Assembly (NCBI GenBank): GCA_050287085.1 | Contig: JBNKBE010000005.1 | Span: forward strand, 228,740 to 292,739 | DNA length: 64,000 bases | Direction: 5' to 3' | Source of the DNA: Polyangiaceae bacterium | GTDB taxonomy: Bacteria; Myxococcota_A; Polyangia; Polyangiales; Polyangiaceae | Shown: positions 61,726 to 64,000 of the stretch, one piece after another | How the letters are laid out: each line of letters starts with the position of its first letter | Numbering within the stretch: the stretch's first letter is position 1 | The notes under the pieces: generated by a model | What the model was told of the DNA's origin: nothing | The model's input: only the letters and a program-made list of their open reading frames with translations | Databases searched by the model: none | Translations under genes and position numbers: made by a program

Positions 61726-63231
61726 ATGAACTTTTTGGCTCGCACGCGTTGCCTCACCTGGCTCGGAGTCGGACTAGCTTTGGCTGGCTGTGAGTGGGAC
61801 CTAGCCCCCCCCACAATCTCGGACAGCTGGTTCAAGCCGCTGGATGCAGGACTCGACGGGCTGCTCACCCAATACGGGATCGATCCCTCCGACTTGAATG
61901 ATGGCGGTCTTCCTCCGCCATCGCTCCTGCCAGCGGTGAGCCCCAACGTCCCGGTCGGTATTCGTGTGCATGGCGCAGTCCAAAAGGGACCGTTCACGGC
62001 AGGATCGTCGATCACCGTGTCGCTGCTCGATGTCGATCTAGCTCCCACGGGTCAGGCATTCAGGACGCAGACAGTGAACGATCGCGGAGAGTTCACGCTC
62101 GATATCGCTGCCGACGGGCCCCTCTCGCTTCAATGCCGGGGCTACTACTACAACGAGGTGTCGGGTCGCCTCACCGACAGCGAGCTCACTCTGCGTGCCA
62201 TCTTCATCCCTACTATCGCGGGCCGCCAGCAGGCAAACGTGAACACCATCACCCATCTGACCAGCGAGCGCATCAAGACGCTGATCGAAGTGGGAACCCC
62301 CTGGCTCGAAGCCGTTGAGCAAGCGGAAGCGAACCTCATGCGCGAACTCGCCATAACATCGCCGGAGTACCAGCCACGAGAAACCAGCTCCAACATGAAC
62401 ATGACGACCGGAGAGAGTCAGGACAACGCCTACCTGCTTGGCGTAAGCTCCGTCATGCTGCAGCTGGTATTGGACCGCGGCCGCGGTCCCGATGCGGCGC
62501 TGCAGGAAGTCCTCGACACGTACGCCCTCGACCTTGCCGACGGCTCGCTCGCACCAGAGCACCAAGTGGCGGTTCGCGACGCCCTGAGAAAGCTTGAGGT
62601 GGACCGCGTTCAGCTGAACTTGGGCCTCTACCTCGGTGACCGCAGTACGAATGAGGATCTACCCAACATGCACCAGGTCTTGGACCAGGATGGCGACGGA
62701 ATTGCCAATATCCACGACCTATGCCCCAAGGACCCCGTAAGCGATGAACGAGACAGCGACGGCGACGGCCACGGTGATGCGTGTGATGAATGTCCCCTAA
62801 CTGCCTGCCCTTTCAGCTGTCTACCAGCGAGCGCCGAGGCGCGGCGACCCGATGACCTCTGTTTTCGCCCGGGCACTGCTGGAGCGCCGTGTTGGCAAGA
62901 CGCGTCGGAAGCCTGCTCAGCGGGCCTCGCCTGCGTCCACCCCGCCGCAGACCGTCCAGAGCCCAGCCCTTGTGCTCCATTTGACAACTGCTGCCTTCCC
63001 GCGGGTGCGATCGACCAACCTTGCTCCAGCGCGGACACTTGCAACACCGGTTTGACGTGTGGCCCATCGCAACGTTGCGAACATCTAGGGTACGGGCAAT
63101 GCTGCATGCCTGCCGGCGGTGAAGGCCAGGCATGCGACTACAATGCTCCTTACCCATGCGACGGATCGTTACAATGCGGCCCAGCAGCAACCTGCGCAGC
63201 CGCCGGACTTCTGGAGTGCTGTCACCCGTAG
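61726..63231 (+). CDS. Hypothetical lipoprotein with thrombospondin type-3-like Ca-binding repeats and Cys-rich tail
   Basis: Lipobox [42 protein letters not shown]. Confidence 0.8.
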   Translation: MNFLARTRCLTWLGVGLALAGCEWDLAPPTISDSWFKPLDAGLDGLLTQYGIDPSDLNDGGLPPPSLLPAVSPNVPVGIRVHGAVQKGPFTAGSSITVSLLDVDLAPTGQAFRTQTVNDRGEFTLDIAADGPLSLQCRGYYYNEVSGRLTDSELTLRAIFIPTIAGRQQANVNTITHLTSERIKTLIEVGTPWLEAVEQAEANLMRELAITSPEYQPRETSSNMNMTTGESQDNAYLLGVSSVMLQLVLDRGRGPDAALQEVLDTYALDLADGSLAPEHQVAVRDALRKLEVDRVQLNLGLYLGDRSTNEDLPNMHQVLDQDGDGIANIHDLCPKDPVSDERDSDGDGHGDACDECPLTACPFSCLPASAEARRPDDLCFRPGTAGAPCWQDASEACSAGLACVHPAADRPEPSPCAPFDNCCLPAGAIDQPCSSADTCNTGLTCGPSQRCEHLGYGQCCMPAGGEGQACDYNAPYPCDGSLQCGPAATCAAAGLLECCHP

Positions 63232-63249
63232 ACCGAGCGACTACGCTCC

Positions 63250-64000
63250 CTAGGCTAGAATGCCCGGAAGCGCTGCGGTGGCAAGCCCACCGTCTGAGCC
63301 CAGCTGAGTCTGCTCTGAGCCCATGATCTGTACAGCCGTTAGCAAAGCTCGGCTCAGATTCTCGTCTTGGAAATTGTGGTGGCTATTGCCAGTCAAGCGC
63401 CCCCCCGCCTTGCCCGCCATCACGACCGGCCATTCGCGCCGGTCGTGAACCTTGCCCCACGCCGTGTCGGAGGTGATGTAGACCAGGGACGCATCGAGCA
63501 GGTTGCCCGCGCCATGACTCGTGTTCTTCAACATGCCCAAGAACTCATTCAGGCAGCGCATCGTATACTGCACGCCCACGTCCACCCGCATTTGATCCGA
63601 CGACGTTCCCGGGTCGTTGTGACAGATCGTGTCGTGGAAGTCGTCGTTCATATTCGTCTCGGTGAGATGACGGTAATAAACGTGAGCGGCCGGCAGCGAA
63701 AACATATAGGTCACGACGCGAGTTCGCTCGCAAGCCAGCGCCAGCGTGGTCAGCTCCGACATCGCCGTGTTCACTTCTGGCGGCGCCTCGCTCCCCCTAT
63801 CTTGCCCCACCGACGGGGTCTGCGGGACCACGCAGGACTCTGACATGCCTTCGCCCGGCATGGCGTCGAGTCGCAGCTCGATAGAGCGGATGGACTCCAG
63901 GTGTGCCTCGACGCGCGCCCGGTCGCTGGCACCGAGCCGCTGCTGCAAACGCGCTCCGTCCGCCAACATCGAGTCCAAGACGCTCTTGCGCACAGTCTTC
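63250..64000 (-). CDS. DUF1552-type protein, 5' part outside the window
   Basis: SVLD...LGASDRARVEAHLESIRSIE, ALACERTRVVT, LLDASLVY, WPVVMAGKAGG. Confidence 0.85.
   Translation of the reverse strand, partial: KTVRKSVLDSMLADGARLQQRLGASDRARVEAHLESIRSIELRLDAMPGEGMSESCVVPQTPSVGQDRGSEAPPEVNTAMSELTTLALACERTRVVTYMFSLPAAHVYYRHLTETNMNDDFHDTICHNDPGTSSDQMRVDVGVQYTMRCLNEFLGMLKNTSHGAGNLLDASLVYITSDTAWGKVHDRREWPVVMAGKAGGRLTGNSHHNFQDENLSRALLTAVQIMGSEQTQLGSDGGLATAALPGILA

Overview
GC-rich bacterial window, very likely Myxococcota (AgmX/PglI-type, DUF1552-type and myxobacterial Cys-rich-repeat proteins, many lipoproteins). The flanks (1-11.1 kb and ~44.6-64 kb) are ordinary chromosome: a two-component system, a DAACS symporter, a FetAB-type ABC pair, a 2631-aa Ig-repeat surface protein, VKOR-DsbA and maeB. 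The centre is an integration hotspot at tRNA-Leu(TAG) (11217-11298). Element 1 (11246-28807, ~17.5 kb) is bounded by an exact 54-bp repeat of the tRNA 3' part. It carries a tyrosine integrase whose reading frame runs through the att core, so excision would swap a 40-aa tail for a 115-aa tail. It also carries a phage-satellite-like regulation/replication module with no virion genes, and a type I R-M system with PD-(D/E)XK-like, Schlafen/AlbA_2 and HEPN-like passengers. A third, 19-bp att copy (28891-28909) is followed by a second orphan integrase-tail homolog and opens a second defence block. That block holds an orphan soluble + membrane gene pair, an ImmA/IrrE peptidase + nucleotidyl-cyclase-like/NUDIX operon (best candidate for an undescribed system), and an EcoKI-like type I R-M system with a HipA-kinase/HIRAN pair nested antisense between hsdR and hsdM. 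A decayed paralogous copy of hsdR-HIRAN-hipA lies at 43-44.4 kb. All family calls come from motif recognition by eye; no searches were run. Some frameshifts could be sequencing errors.
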